From contig NIVC01001696.1 of the NCBI GenBank assembly GCA_002269645.1, positions 184,895 to 248,894 of the forward strand: 64,000 bases of DNA, given 5' to 3'. Every line of letters begins with the position of its first letter. Positions within the stretch are counted from its first letter, which is position 1. The notes beneath the pieces are model-generated. The model made no database searches and was not told the DNA's origin. It saw only the letters and a program-made list of their open reading frames with translations. The DNA is from Macrostomum lignano (Eukaryota). The position numbers were made by a program, and so were the translations under genes. Below, piece after piece: positions 1 through 13,440 of this stretch.

Positions 1-964
1 CAGAACGCACGGGCTGGTGGCAGCGGGTCAGTTACTAATATTATTAATGTTAGTAATATATATAATATAATAATATATAATATAGTAATATAATATAATA
101 TTACCAATAATATTAATACAGTTAATCTGCGGATTAGCTGATCTCTACCTTCAAAATTCTCCCTGCTTTGTCTCTCGCTGTCCCTCTCTTAGCTATAGGA
201 CCTAGACTGCTCGCCACACGATCAAGCTACCATGGGGCTGACCATCTGACAGGAGTGGGGGGCCAGGACTCAAATTGATTTATTTCTGAGACCTGAGGCC
301 CGAAGGCTTCCCGAAAGGGACCAAAAATGCCGAAACCCATCATTTAACCATATATTACTCAGCAGAGTCAAAGACTACACATAATACCATGCAGACTGTG
401 GCAAGCAAATCAATATATAGTTTTCATTCGAATTTTAGCTTTTCCTCAACAACCGCTGTATATCGAAATTGACCTAAAAAATCACACGATCTTCGAGTTT
501 TACGTCCTGTACATTATTATATATACGACGACGTACATGTACATGTACCAGGGGGTTATTAAGAGCTTCGGACCCTATAAGACATTGACGTGTTGATTCT
601 TAACAGATCTTATCTAATCTTCTTGGGTTGCTGCGCAAGTTGCAAGAACGAGCAAGATTTTCGCTATGATAATAATTAGGTAAACTTACCAGATCTGGGC
701 GATACATCGTATAAGATTTTAACTTTTAATTATATATCTTTTTACATAGCTTCGAATCGCATATTTTATTAAATTTTTGTCCCATTTTGCCATAAAAAAT
801 AAAGAACACTTTGGCCAAATGAATGACAATGACAAAACAAATGTACCTCCTTTCTTAGAAGATCCTGCAAGAACCGAGCAGATTTAGAAGATATGCTAAG
901 AATGGCACAGAGAGACAAAGATCTGCTAAGTTTGAGAAACAGAATGTCCTCTAGGGGACTCACG

Positions 965-1203
965 ACTTAAAGGTCGGCCGGGTTCGATTCCCGATCCCAC
1001 TAGAACAATTTCTGTCCTTGAGCAAGACACTTAACTCTGCATTGCTTCAGTTCACCTAGCTGCATGTAAAAGGGTACCAGCAGCATTAGCTGGGGTAAAT
1101 TGAGGGTGGTGCGGTGTGGCAACCCCCCAGTCCTTGCACTGCTGTCAGCTGCACCCTCTCACTTAATTGGGGCAGGTGTAATCAATTATTATTATTATAT
1201 TAT
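965..1203 (+). mobile_element. tRNA-derived CORE-type SINE, 5'-truncated with internal deletion
   Basis: B-box GGTTCGATTCC at 981-991, CORE-like GTCCTTGAGCAAGACACTTAAC...CAGTTCACCTAGCTG, (ATT)n tail; alignable by eye to the copy at 58470-58759 (-). Confidence 0.75.
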
Positions 1204-1712
1204 ATACAGTTTTCCTTGCTTCTCCTTCGTTCCTCGGTTGGTATCTGTTCATTATGGCAGCTACAATCCTCACAAGTACGAGGGAACTTGTGAACTTGCT
1301 GACCGGTTTTGAAAAATTAAATAATTTGTTCTTCTATTGATAAAAAAATACCGAATTACCATTCATATAACGTTTTTAGTTGCAAGGTAGGAAAATTTTG
1401 TTAGACTTACCCTTTTCATAGATGCACGATAACTTTAAAAAAATGTTTATTTAACACGGTGAGTCACTTTTTCGGAGCGGACACGTCGACGACCCATATT
1501 ACTCTCTTCAGCGGGCTCAACGGCGTCGACTTTAGAGTTTTATAATTGTTGTGCTTAATATTTCAGTTTACGTTGTATACGAAACGCTTTATAGCATCGC
1601 ACTATAATAATTGACAGACCTTTAATATTAGATCAAGCCTTGTTTCACAGGTCAAAACTTTCCTTCAGTTTTACGATAGCAATAAAAGTAAACTTTAGGC
1701 AAAACCTGAGGC

Positions 1713-4700
1713 ATGTTTCGCCAATTATCGTTTTTTGGATTTATCTTTATTTCTATCTGCTTGTGTGGCCTGCTATTGCCGTGCACTGTATTAGCTAAAG
1801 AAAATGATGGTCAAAACCCAGGATCCTTGAACATTGGCAAACGTGATGATACAAAACCCGAAGATAGTTCATTCCTGCACAACTTTAAAAACAAAATTAA
1901 GAATGCCATGAAAGCTAATGAAAAAGCAGAAGTAAGTAAATTTAACTAATAAATTTAATCATTTAACTTAAATATAATAAGTAGAATTAAATAAATTAAT
2001 TGCCAATGTCATATCAAAATGGTTTGGATACAATACAACATTATTTAGTTTTCTTTTTTTAAATCCTCTTTTTACATTATTATAATTTTATCTTGCATAT
2101 GTTAGATATCATTAATTCCTTTTAAAAGGCACTAAAGTAATAAAATTATATTAAAGTTAACCCTTGTCCATAGTCAGGATCATGCTGTGTGTGCCGGAAG
2201 CCACCCCAAAAATTTTTTTGGTGCTCCAGGTATGCCAGGTAAAATGCAAAAGTGCGCCAGGTGCAAGAGTCCTAAATCCTAATCCTAATTTTTTTAAAAT
2301 GCACAATATATACAAAATCATAATATATTATAAGTTGTAACATTTTGCGTAATTGCAAGTAAAGATTATAAATTGAAGATTTGAAGATTTAATGTTTTTA
2401 ACTTCAAAAATAAAGAATAAAAAAGAGAAATAAAACACAATTTAGAGAATATTTTAAATGAAGCAATAGTTGTCAATTGTCATAACAATATATTTGCAAA
2501 ATCATTGTAAAACTTTGTGCAAAATTTCACATTTCATGTACTTTACATTCTTTGATTTTGTCTTTCGCAATGGCCATGGCGTAGCCTCCTCTAGTGTGCG
2601 CTATGCATGTGCACCATGCAAGGTATGCCAATTGTATATACGCCAAGATGTATACCAAAAGACCCTTTCAAAAATTTTATGCACCAAGTGTATGCTAGCT
2701 ATCCTAAATGTGCACCGGAAATTTCCAGCGTACATAACATGATCCTGAGTGTGGACCCTTGTTGGCCTTGATATGATATAAACTAGTCTAGATGATATTA
2801 TAATATACATTTTGTCTTTTTGAATTTTTTTTGAATTGAAAGACTGCCATTAGACTGCTTAGGCTAGAAGTATAGTACATGTACTTATGCTACCAATAGA
2901 TAAATATAAGGTGAAATCCAAAAATCGGGGGCAAGTTTTATGAAAATTCGTTTTTTGGCAATTTGAAGGCAATAAAGCTATAAAATAAATTTATTCAAGT
3001 TTTTAAAAGGTAAAAAAGTCTATTAAAGCACAAATTATTTTCGTATAGCTTTATTTTTAATAAAATGATTTGTTAAAACGGTAAGTTTAATTACGACCTA
3101 AAATGAGTCTAATGAAAATGATAGAAAAGCTATAATAATGTATTTTATTAACTTTAACTATCTTATAATGTTACACTCTATAATTCTACAACATATTTAA
3201 CATTATTTTCAAGGGTTTATTTGTTTATCACTTTCGTTACTCTTGACAACGTGTATTTTGTAGAGTTCGTTTGCAATAAATTGTATTCAACGTAAGTTTA
3301 TTATTTAAACATACAAATTCCCATAAGAATCGGAAAATTGCATTTTACTCAGCTTCTACTAATGCGATTTGGAAAATTCTTTTTTTCCTGCATACACGCC
3401 GCGATGATACATGTTTTAGTGTAATTTCATTGTTCTTCGTCACTTAATGAGCATACAGTAAGCATCTGATTTGGAAGCCGGGTAACACATTGGAATTCCC
3501 ATAAGGATTGGAAAATTGCATTTTACTCAGCTTCTACTAAAGCAATTTGGAAAATTCTTTTTTTCCTGCATATACACCGCAATAATACATGTTTTAGTGT
3601 AATTTCATTGTTCTTCGTCGCTTAATGAGCATACAGTAAGCATCTAATTTGGAAGCCGGGTAACACATTGGAATTCCCATAAGGATTGGAAAATTGCATT
3701 TTACTCAGCTTCTACTAAAGCGATTTGGAAAATTCTTTTTTTCCTGCATACACGCCGCGATGATACATGTTTTAGTGTAATTTCATTGTTCTTCGTCACT
3801 TAATGAGCATACAGTAAGCATCTGATTTGGAAGCCGGGTAACACATTGGAATTCCCATAAGGATTGGAAAATTGCATTTTACTCAGCTTCTACTAAAGCG
3901 ATTTGGAAAATTCTTTTTTTCCTGCATACACGCCGCGATGATACATGTTTTAGTGTAATTTCATTGTTCTTCGTCGCTTAATGAGCATACAGTAAGCATC
4001 TGATTTGGATGCCGGGTTCACATTTTGTGGTACCATTTTTTACCCAAAATTTTTAAGTCTAAATATAGGCATATTACAAATACTAATACTATGCAAGTTG
4101 ATATTTAAATGAAAGAAAACAACTTAAAGATTATTTTGCAACAAGGAATTAGCAATATATTTACTTTTAGAAAAAGATATTTGCTGGCAAACTTTGCACT
4201 TTATATTAGTATGAAGTTTCGCGAGTTTATATGGTTTTAGAAAAACTTTGAAATCCTTAGAAATACTTCATCTTTTTGAATTGAATAAAAAGTAAAACAC
4301 AGATTACTTTCTGTTTTGTAAGTAGTAAAAAAATTAGCCTTCTCTAAGGCCTACAAGTCTTAAAATTAATTGTTTAATAATGAAAAAAAGTGAAACGAAA
4401 CATTGCAAATCGGTCAACTCGGACTTTCAAAATGCTTTTTTGTGGTTTTTTCTTATTTATTCAACAATATAAAACATGAAAACAATAGTTTTTATCCAGA
4501 ACTATTTTCTAAAGACCTATCTATCTTTCAAAAACCTTTTTTTAGATATATTACTTTCCATTGAATGTCCGCAGATTTGTTTTACCGTTTTATCCCACAT
4601 TTTTGGATTTCGCCATAAGCATTAAGTATATTCATGTGCCACTAGTAAAAGTACATAAATAACAGCAATAGGATCATTGCAAAAGATCGAATTAAATCAC

Positions 4701-7477
4701 TATTTAATCATTAGGATTTAAAAGAAGAGAAGTCACCCCTAGTACAAATTCCGTGGCATTTAATGGGATAACTTAGAGGACAGAATTAAGTCCTATGTCA
4801 ACTTTGGTGACAGTTTGTGGGATTTCCTAGCATATAGGAAACATGCCTGCAACAACTTTGGTGGTGTTAGTATGATCATTAAAGACAGAAGTTTAGCCCT
4901 TTGACATATGGATATAAAAAGTAGCTCAAAAATAGTAAAACAAAGACTACACAAAATAGTTATATTCACTGACAAAATCTGCTTGCTATAGTAATAATTC
5001 AATACATTATAATAAAATAGATAAAATGTATATGGAGGTTATACTATGCCTTAAATGCAGTATATTGCACTAACAGCTTATATATAGTGCAATCTATGAA
5101 CTTTGTTATGCATTTTGTATAACTATAATGTGTATAACTAAATTGTAGGCTTTGTTTAGTGTCTTTTGAGTGCCATTAAAAAAACCTTTTAACTATGCAT
5201 TTATTGCTAGTAAATTTGAATGATATTAATAAAAACATATAGTGCAAGATTATAAAAATTCTGGTATGATCTCGAAATGTAAATTTTAAAGTTTTATATT
5301 TTGTAAAAAATATAAAAAGTATGAATGCACAGAAACTGCAACTATAATTTAAAAACATCTTTGCAAAGCAGTTTCCCTAATTTTAAAGTATTAAAAAACA
5401 ATTAATATTAAAAAAAGTTCAAATGCTAGTTACATTTTTGAAAGCTTCTGATTTGATTTCAAATGTGGTTGCACTTTTAATTATAATTGAATAGTAGTAG
5501 ATTGGAGTAGAGAAAGACCAGCATATTGACAAAAATCATCTCACTTGAGATATTAATAGTAGGTGGTCCAAGAAATTTGCAGAACAAACTCTTTAAATTT
5601 GTTTATAAGCACAGTAGTCTCTCCAGAAGTATGCAAGGTTGATAGACAATTCAACATTTGTTTGAGCCAGATAGGTATCCAACTCTTTCATTGACTAATG
5701 AATATCAAATATATCATCATCATCTGATAAATTTGCTATAATAAACCTGCAGAGAACATGGCTCTAACTGGTAGTCTCTCTAGGACCAGAGCCAATAACT
5801 TCAGCACAAAGGGCTCCAAAGTCAACCTTGGGATCATCAGTTGGCATCAAGTTGTTGCTGGCTATGTTGTCATCATTTGAAGAGGAGCCAAGCCTTAAAA
5901 TGAAATAAAGTATATATCATAATTATATCAAATTAGTTCCAAACTAGAATGTGTTAAAATATAAAAAAATATTAAAGTAAAGATCCAAATAATGTGTGGA
6001 TGAATTTCCAAATCATTTAACGAATATGCATATAGCTAGGAAAAATTACTGCACTTTAATGTTATTTATGGACTTAAGAGCTTATCTTGTATTGAAAGTC
6101 AAAAGATTTATCTTAACTTTAGCTTCTCCTCCCCCAATTTGAACCCAGATACACATGTATGTAGTGTCAAACATTCCTATCTTTGTATAAGTCTCTAATT
6201 ATAGGGACTTAAGAGCCCTTCTCTTATATTGAAAATAAAAGTATTCATCTTAAATTTAGTTTCTACCAAATCAACCCAATTATAGTCCCTGGTTCTAGGG
6301 ACTTGCAGCTCAACTAGAAAGTAAAAACGTTCATATTAACTTTAGTCCTTACCACTCGACCACAATTTGCATCTGGTGTCAAAACTCTGCTGTTGAAGTA
6401 CTTAACCCCAGGGAACTAAGAGCATTCCAAGCTTGTGTATTTTGGCTTATAGAATTTTCACTGTAAAGCCTTCATGGGTGTAGATTGCACAAAGAGCCCA
6501 AGGATGAAAAAGAATGAATGCGAAAATGAATTTTGTTGCCAGCTTAATGGCCTTGCTGAAGGTTGGAAATTGTTTTGCCTAGTTTATTATTTTGGTAATT
6601 TTTAAATGAATATTTATGGGCATTAACTATTAAAAAACGTCTGGCACTAATACCGGATGCTTACAAAAAATTAACATTCATAATCTAATTCCCCCTTCAC
6701 ACACACGCGCACAAATTGTAGCGATACCTGAAAGGCGACTCCAGCGCAACCGTGGAGTCCTCAGCCTCCCGTTTCGGCTTCATCCACGCATTCGTAGCCA
6801 GCTTGTCTGTCATCATAGTTTCCGAACTGGGCGATAAAACGTTCTTCATCGCGGCTATTATGGCTATGCGTCATTCTCGTCTTATCGTGTTCGCTGGCGC
6901 TATCCTAGCACTGGCCACCATGACTATCTTGTCGGCTGTGCTGGGTTACGCAACCACCGTTATACCTCGCTGGTTCACCTACTACGTTAGTAGCGCCCTG
7001 TTCGCCATCTTCGGCTTGAAGATGCTTCGCGAAGGTTATTATATGAAACCGGACGAGGGCATGGAAGAATACGAAGAGGTTCAAGCCGATTTAAAGAAAC
7101 GCGACGAAGAGTATTGCAAATCTCAGACTGCCTCAGTTGAGCAGGACATGGAGACTGGGGTCATACGCAGTCCCAGACGGTCTATCATTTATAGTTTCGT
7201 CAACAAAGTGCTGATCGAATCGTTTTCGCTTACATTTCTTGCCGAATGGGGCGACCGGTCGCAGATTGCCACAATAATTCTTGCCGCTCGCGACGATGTA
7301 GTTGGCGTTATTGTTGGCGGCACGCTTGGTCACGCCCTGTGCACTGGACTGGCCGTTCTAGGCGGTCGGTTCATTGCTCAGCGCATCTCGGTGCGCACTG
7401 TAACTCTGTGCGGTGGCGTCATCTTTCTGCTATTTGCCATGTCCGCCCTGGTCATTGGGCCGGAGTCCAATTCTTGA
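1713..7477 (+). CDS. TMEM165: TMEM165/GDT1 Golgi Ca2+/Mn2+ transporter, join(1713..1931,6722..7477), 324 aa
   Basis: Exon 1 encodes a signal peptide and ends GAA|GTAAGT (phase 0); acceptor TTGTAG|CGA is phase 0 into the 6752 ORF. Two UPF0016 motifs, ELGDKT and EWGDRS. Confidence 0.95.
2166..2756. mobile_element. Degenerate MITE-like element in TMEM165 intron
   Basis: 24-bp imperfect inverted repeats (2166-2189 vs 2733-2756, 20/24 match); left end preceded by TTAACCCTT; no clean TSD. Confidence 0.45.
2909..4615. mobile_element. Non-autonomous DNA element with TA target duplication, carrying a 178-bp tandem array
   Basis: TA|AGGTGAAATCCAAAAATCGGGG ... CCCACATTTTTGGATTTCGCCA|TA; imperfect ~22-bp TIRs; no transposase ORF. 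Confidence 0.6.
3316..4022. repeat. 178-bp tandem repeat, about 4 copies
   Basis: AATTCCCATAAG recurs at 3316, 3494, 3672 and 3850. Confidence 0.95.
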
Positions 7478-8366
7478 GAATCAACAGGCAGCATGCTGCG
7501 GTGAAGAAAGATGAGCAGACCAATTCCTTTTCCCCTTCATTTATTTTGCTTGATTTGCAGCAGAAAAAAACAAAACAAATTTCATCCTTATCTGGCTGTG
7601 CGCTTGCTATCTAAAAACTTATAAACTGTTAGTTTTTTTACTGCTGTAACAAGCTTTGATGATGACATGTCTAGGAAGTGTCCCGGCTATAAAGGGCCTG
7701 TCAACTTAAGCTCATACAGTGTTTGTGTTTTTCTAATAACTGAAAATTAAATATTGTTTTTGTTCAGACTGCTTCGGCCACAATATTCTTGTATGTTATA
7801 CGTACCCTTTGCTATAATATATTAACAAAAATGATTATTCCATGTTTGAAAATGGAAACTGGAATTTTTTTAGTTCCGGTGTGGCACGTTTAAGTACAAC
7901 TAATTTTAGGTTAGGCGTGGGACAAATTGTAAACAACAATATTTATCACTACTATATATAGGTGCGGGGTGAAAGCGGGGTTGACTCATATTTGCTTTCA
8001 TTTTGTCTTTTTGGGCACTAACACGTTTCTCTGTTGTTCTGTTTTATAGTCTTTTGTGCCCCTAATGAATTTCCTTTGCTTTGCTGTTAGACGACTGAGA
8101 CTGAATCAACATATGGATTTTTGTGATAGAAACGACACTTAAAATATCTTGAATCTTTTTTTAACCTGCAACAAAAGTGCTTGTTTATTGCTTGTCGGGA
8201 GATTTTGTCTAAAAACTGCAACATTTAATAAAACCTGTCTAAGCCTGTCTATTATGCATGTAAAAGTCACTGCCCTAGCATAGAGTTGGTCTTTTGTGAC
8301 ATTCTTTTATTTAGTTATTTTGTAACATATACGCTTTTCGCATTGCCGATACCACTTACTAACTCC

Positions 8367-10280
8367 CAGATCTCACTGATGCTCCATTACCTGATCTCAC
8401 TGATCCTCCATTACCTGATCTCACTGATCCTCCATTACCTGATCTCACTGATCCTCCACCCCATTACCTGATCTCACTGATCCTCCATTACCTGATCTCA
8501 CTGATCCTCCATTACCAGATCTCACTGATCTTCCACCCCATTACCTGATCTCACTGATCCTCCACCCCATTACCTGATCTCACTGATCCTCCATTACCTG
8601 ATCTCACTGATCCTCCATTACCTGATCTCACTGATCCTCCATTACCAGATCTCACTGATGCTCCACCCCATTACCTGATCTCACTGATCCTCCATTACCA
8701 GATCTCACTGATGCTCCACCCCATTACCTGATCTCACTGATCCTCCATTACCTGATCTCACTGATCCTCCATTACCTGATCTCACTGATCCTCCATTACC
8801 TGATCTCACTGATCCTCCATTACCTGATCTCACTGATGCTCCACCCCATTACCTGATCTCACTGATCCTCCATTACCTGATCTCACTGATCCTCCATTAC
8901 CTGATCTCACTGATCCCCCATTACCTGATCTCACTGATCCTCCATTACCTGATCTCACTGATGCTCCACCCCATTACCTGATCTCACTGATCCTCCATTA
9001 CCTGATCTCACTGATCCTCCATTACCTGATCTCACTGAAGCTCCATTACCTGATCTCACTGATCCTCCATTACCTGATCTCACTGATCCTCCATTACCTG
9101 ATCTCACTGATCCTCCATTACCTGATCTCACTGATCCTCCATTACCTGATCTCACTGATGCTCCACCCCATTACCTGATCTCACTGATCCTCCATTACCT
9201 GATCTCACTGATCCTCCATTACCTGATCTCACTGATCCTCCATTACCTGATCTCACTGATGCTCCATTACCTGATCTCACTGATCCTCCATTACCTGATC
9301 TCACTGATGCTCCATTACCTGATCTCACTGATGCTCCATTACCTGATCTCACTGATGCTCCATTACCTGATCTCACTGATCCTCCATTACCTGATCTCAC
9401 TGATCCTCCATTACCTGATCTCACTGATCCTCCATTACCTGATCTCACTGATGCTCCACCCCATTACCTGATCTCACTGATCCTCCATTACCTGATCTCA
9501 CTGATCCTCCATTACCTGATCTCACTGATGCTCCATTACCTGATCTCACTGATCCTCCATTACCTGATCTCACTGATGCTCCATTACCTGATCTCACTGA
9601 TGCTCCATTACCTGATCTCACTGATGCTCCATTACCTGATCTCACTGATCCTCCATTACCTGATCTCACTGATGCTCCATTACTAGATTTCATTGATACC
9701 TCATTACTTGATGTCACTGATGCTCCATTACTAGATTTCATTGATACCTCATTACCTGATGTCACTGATGCTCCATTACTAGATTTCATTGGTACCCCAT
9801 TACCAGATCTCACTGATCCTCCATTACTAGATTTCATTGATACCTCATTACCAGGTCTCACTGATCCTCCATTACCTGATCTCACTGATCCTCCATTACC
9901 TGATCTCACTGATGCTCCATTACCTGATCTCACTGATGCTCCATTACCTGATCTCACTGATCCTCCATTACCTGATCTCACTGATGCTCCATTACCTGAT
10001 CTCACTGATGCTCCATTACTAGATTTCATTGATACCTCATTACTTGATGTCACTGATGCTCCATTACTAGATTTCATTGATACCTCATTACTTGATGTCA
10101 CTGATCCTCCATTACTAGATTTCATTAATACCCCATTACCTGATCTCACTGATGCTCCATTACTAGATTTCATTGATACCCCATTACCTGATGTCACTGA
10201 TCCTCCATTACTAGATTTCATTGATACCTCATTACCAGGTCTCACTGATCCTCCACTCCATTACCAGATCTCACTGATCT
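8367..10280. repeat. 24-bp minisatellite (CCATTACCTGATCTCACTGATCCT) with 30-bp and diverged variants
   Basis: Direct periodicity; source of the SVRSGNGG and LHYLISL pseudo-ORFs. Confidence 0.97.
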
Positions 10281-10367
10281 ACCAAATTAAAAGAAACATC
10301 ACAAGATATGATTTTCTAGTTGTTTAAGGTTTATTAAAGTATTTCAAACTCATCATTGCGCTAACTT

Positions 10368-12899
10368 ATGCCAAGGCTCAAACGGAACCGATTTCAGTTA
10401 ATGATATCGTTAAAATTCCGGCGGTACCTTGTCATAGCAATCTGTCTGCTATGCACCGCGGCATGCTATGTTTTTTACAAATGGATGGATTTTGGTAAGT
10501 CCGATAAATTCCATCTTGCTTACTTAATACTGTTGCAAACATTCCAAATTGCTGTCTATAATAACTGGTTTTCATCCCGCAGACGCCAACCCTATCAGAC
10601 ATTATTTGGCATACGACTACTATTTCGGTAGTCCCTTGATGAGCTCGTCCTATTCGCAAGTAAATGTTAGTTCATCGGTACATACTGCTACAGAGGCTAG
10701 CAGTCCCAGTCCGCAAACTGTGTTCTCACTAGGAGGCAAGCCTGTATTGGTTCTGTTTTCAGCTAGATTCGATTTCCAGCTTGGTTTGATAGTACTTGTT
10801 GGCTATTTCAACAATAGATTATCGAAACAGCCGCCTCGCGTCACCTGTAGACTCAGTTCCTTGAAGTCATCAACGAACTTGGATGCAAGACCATGGCAAC
10901 AAGCTGTTGGTTACTCAATGCACGAAGGTCATTATATGCCATACGATGGTGTGCTGTACTTCTGTCCAGTTGTACCAACAGAGTCGTCTTATCTTGTAGA
11001 AGTGAACGGTGTCGATGTATCCAACAGGGCATCTGGCAAGATTAAACTGCCTGTACATGTTGCTGAGTCATCGAAACCGGCAGATAAAGTTGCCGCTTGT
11101 ATCACAGCCCTGCGCTATTTACCCAGCGAGGAGAGCGAAAATCAGTTTATAATGCGTCTAGTGGAATTCATTGAGGTCAATAGACTGCTGGGTGTTGAGC
11201 ATTTCTACTTCTACAATATGAGTCTGCCTAGTAAAATTAGTGCAGTGATGAAGCACTATATCGGTATTGGCTGGATCACGGTGACCCGTGGTCCTTGGCG
11301 GAGGGAATTGATTTAGACAAGGACATTCACTATTATGGCCAGATGGTTATTCTCAACGATTGCTTGTACTCTGCCCGAGACAGATACAGACTGTTGACGT
11401 TCATTGACATTGACGAAATGTTAGTGCCAACTAATAGCAAAGGCGAGGCTATTAATCTGGTTAAAGCGGCACAGTTGCACTCACTAGATGATCGAGGCGG
11501 TAACTGTGCTCTGGGATTTCGTCACGGCGTGTTTCCTCCATCGCCGAAGCAGGAGAAAAGTGGCGAAATTAAAATGCCGACCTCGCTTATTGGCTGCAAG
11601 GTACGCGGTTGCGCATTTGACTTTTCTTTCAGCGGTTATTTTAAACGCCATTTCAAAATGGTAAACTCTCCTATAGACAAAGCAGACTACTCAAGTAGAG
11701 GGGCGGGAAAGGGGCGAAAAAATACATTACGAAGATAGGAGGTTTATCCTCCTATGATAGGAGGTGTATCCTAATTGTCTAAACGAAAATCTTAATGAAT
11801 ATCGATAGAGCTATAAGAAAGGTTCGCCATATCAAAAGATGAACATTGAGTCTGCCTTCTATCAAAAGCAAGAGTTTAGAGTTTTGCTCTAGCGAAAGGT
11901 AACAAACAAGACTGCTCTAGAGATGGAATGCGACTTTCCGTTGAAACAAGCTTAGGGGCGTCGCCACCGGGGGGAGGGGGTTGGACAGGGGGACATGTCC
12001 TCCAGTAAAAGATATGAGGGGGCATACCAATGCTGTGTCCCCTCCACCCCAACTTTGTGTTCCGTTATGGAAATTAGTAATTTTGCTTCAGGGCGACAAA
12101 ATATAGCACCTGCAACGCTAAAATGAGTGTCTGCCGCGCCAAAAATGAGTTCCTGCGGCGCTAAAATGAGTGCCTGGGCGCTAAAATGAGTGCCTGCGGC
12201 GCCAAAATGAGTGCCTGTGGCGCTAAAATGAGTGCCTGCGGCGCTAAAATGAGTGCCTGGGCGCTAAAATGAGTGCCTGCGGCGCCAAAATGAGTGCCTG
12301 TGGCGCTAAAATGAGTGCCTGCGGCTCTAAAATGAGTGCCTGTGGCGCTAAAATGAGTGCCTGCGGCGCCAAAATGAGTTCCTGCGGCGCTAAAATGAGT
12401 GCCTGTGGCGCTAAAATGAGCGCTGAACGCTTACAACCGATTCTAAAAATGATATTTACGTGTAAATGTAGAATTCTTGACTTTGTCCCCCACCATAAAA
12501 TCCATGGCGACGCCCCTGTACAAGCCGTTTATCATCATTCCACTAAAACTAGCTGTTAAGTACAGCCCCCCCCTTAACTCTTTTCAACAGATTGTCAGCT
12601 TATTGCGCAGGCGACGCATCAAATCTATTCTACCATTCACTGAGCGTAGCAAACTACTCGTAGTAGCTCGTCAGATCAAAGAGATTGGCATACATTTTGT
12701 GTGGAACTCGTGGCAGAGCTGCCAAACTAAACAGCTGAGCCCCAGTAGCGAAGGCTTGCTGCATCACTATCGACACTGGGCAGCTGGTGAAATGATTGAG
12801 GATCAATCGATGAAGTGGCTTCAACGGGACATTGAGACTGCGTTAATCGGCGCTAGAGACCGCTTGAAACACCTGTTCGGTATTGATCTCTGTGCTTAA
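10368..12899 (+). CDS. GT92/DUF23-family glycosyltransferase, join(10368..10494,10583..11600,12591..12899), with an apparent 1-nt deletion at 11285-11287; about 484 aa if repaired
   Basis: N-terminal signal anchor; introns phase-consistent (1 and 0); motifs EFIEVNRLLGVEHFYFY, HYYGQ..LNDCL, FIDIDE (DxD), IGIHFV, HHYR. One extra C restores VTPWSLAEGID. Confidence 0.85.
11953..12518. mobile_element. hAT-like MITE carrying a 21-bp array (AAAATGAGTGCCTGCGGCGCT) in GT92 intron 2
   Basis: 13-bp perfect TIR AGGGGCGTCGCCA / TGGCGACGCCCCT; 8-bp flanks AACAAGCT vs TACAAGCC (6/8); array at about 12115-12425. Confidence 0.7.
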
Positions 12900-13440
12900 A
12901 CTTGCTAATTGATTTGGGTTTAATGCAGTTCGTGTGCATTTTTTTCAAAAACCGGCTTAATCTTAAATCAAATTTTTTTTGCTTTAAGTGTTTAAACGCG
13001 TGTTGTTGCGCTGTATTTCAGGTCAATTTTTCTTGCTAGCACTATAATAGCTTCGCTTAATTTTCTTTCTGGCTTTATCGACCTGCATGTAGCGGCACAA
13101 TAGCATGAATAATTCTTATCTTTTATGAAAAATATATGCCTGCAGATTTACGTTTCCTAAAGATTAATTCTTAAATAATCTTTGAAAGTTAGTTTTGCGC
13201 GAAAAATACGTTCACAGAGATTTATAGACTTTATTTATTTATTGTTGTCCAACACGAAAATAGTAATTTCTTTTTGGCTGTTAGGAAGTGTGCAAAATTA
13301 TAAAAAAATTGAATAGAGGAACAATACAGGCTACAGGCATTTTTGTAAGTTCTATAATACGGAAGAGTTAAAAAAGACAGTAAATTAGAAGGTTGTTTCA
13401 GCAGGCGCTCTCGTTTCAGTTTCCAAAAAGTGAAATTATT

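Noticed and set aside
285-350. Possible hammerhead ribozyme (CTGAG..., GAAA hairpins, GAAAC)
   Set aside because: No intact CUGANGA core and no stem I/III pairing with an NUH site that I could build; only two small hairpins.
5740-5900. Antisense exon-like segment inside the TMEM165 intron
   Set aside because: The longest frame is about 43 codons with no recognisable motif or partner exons.
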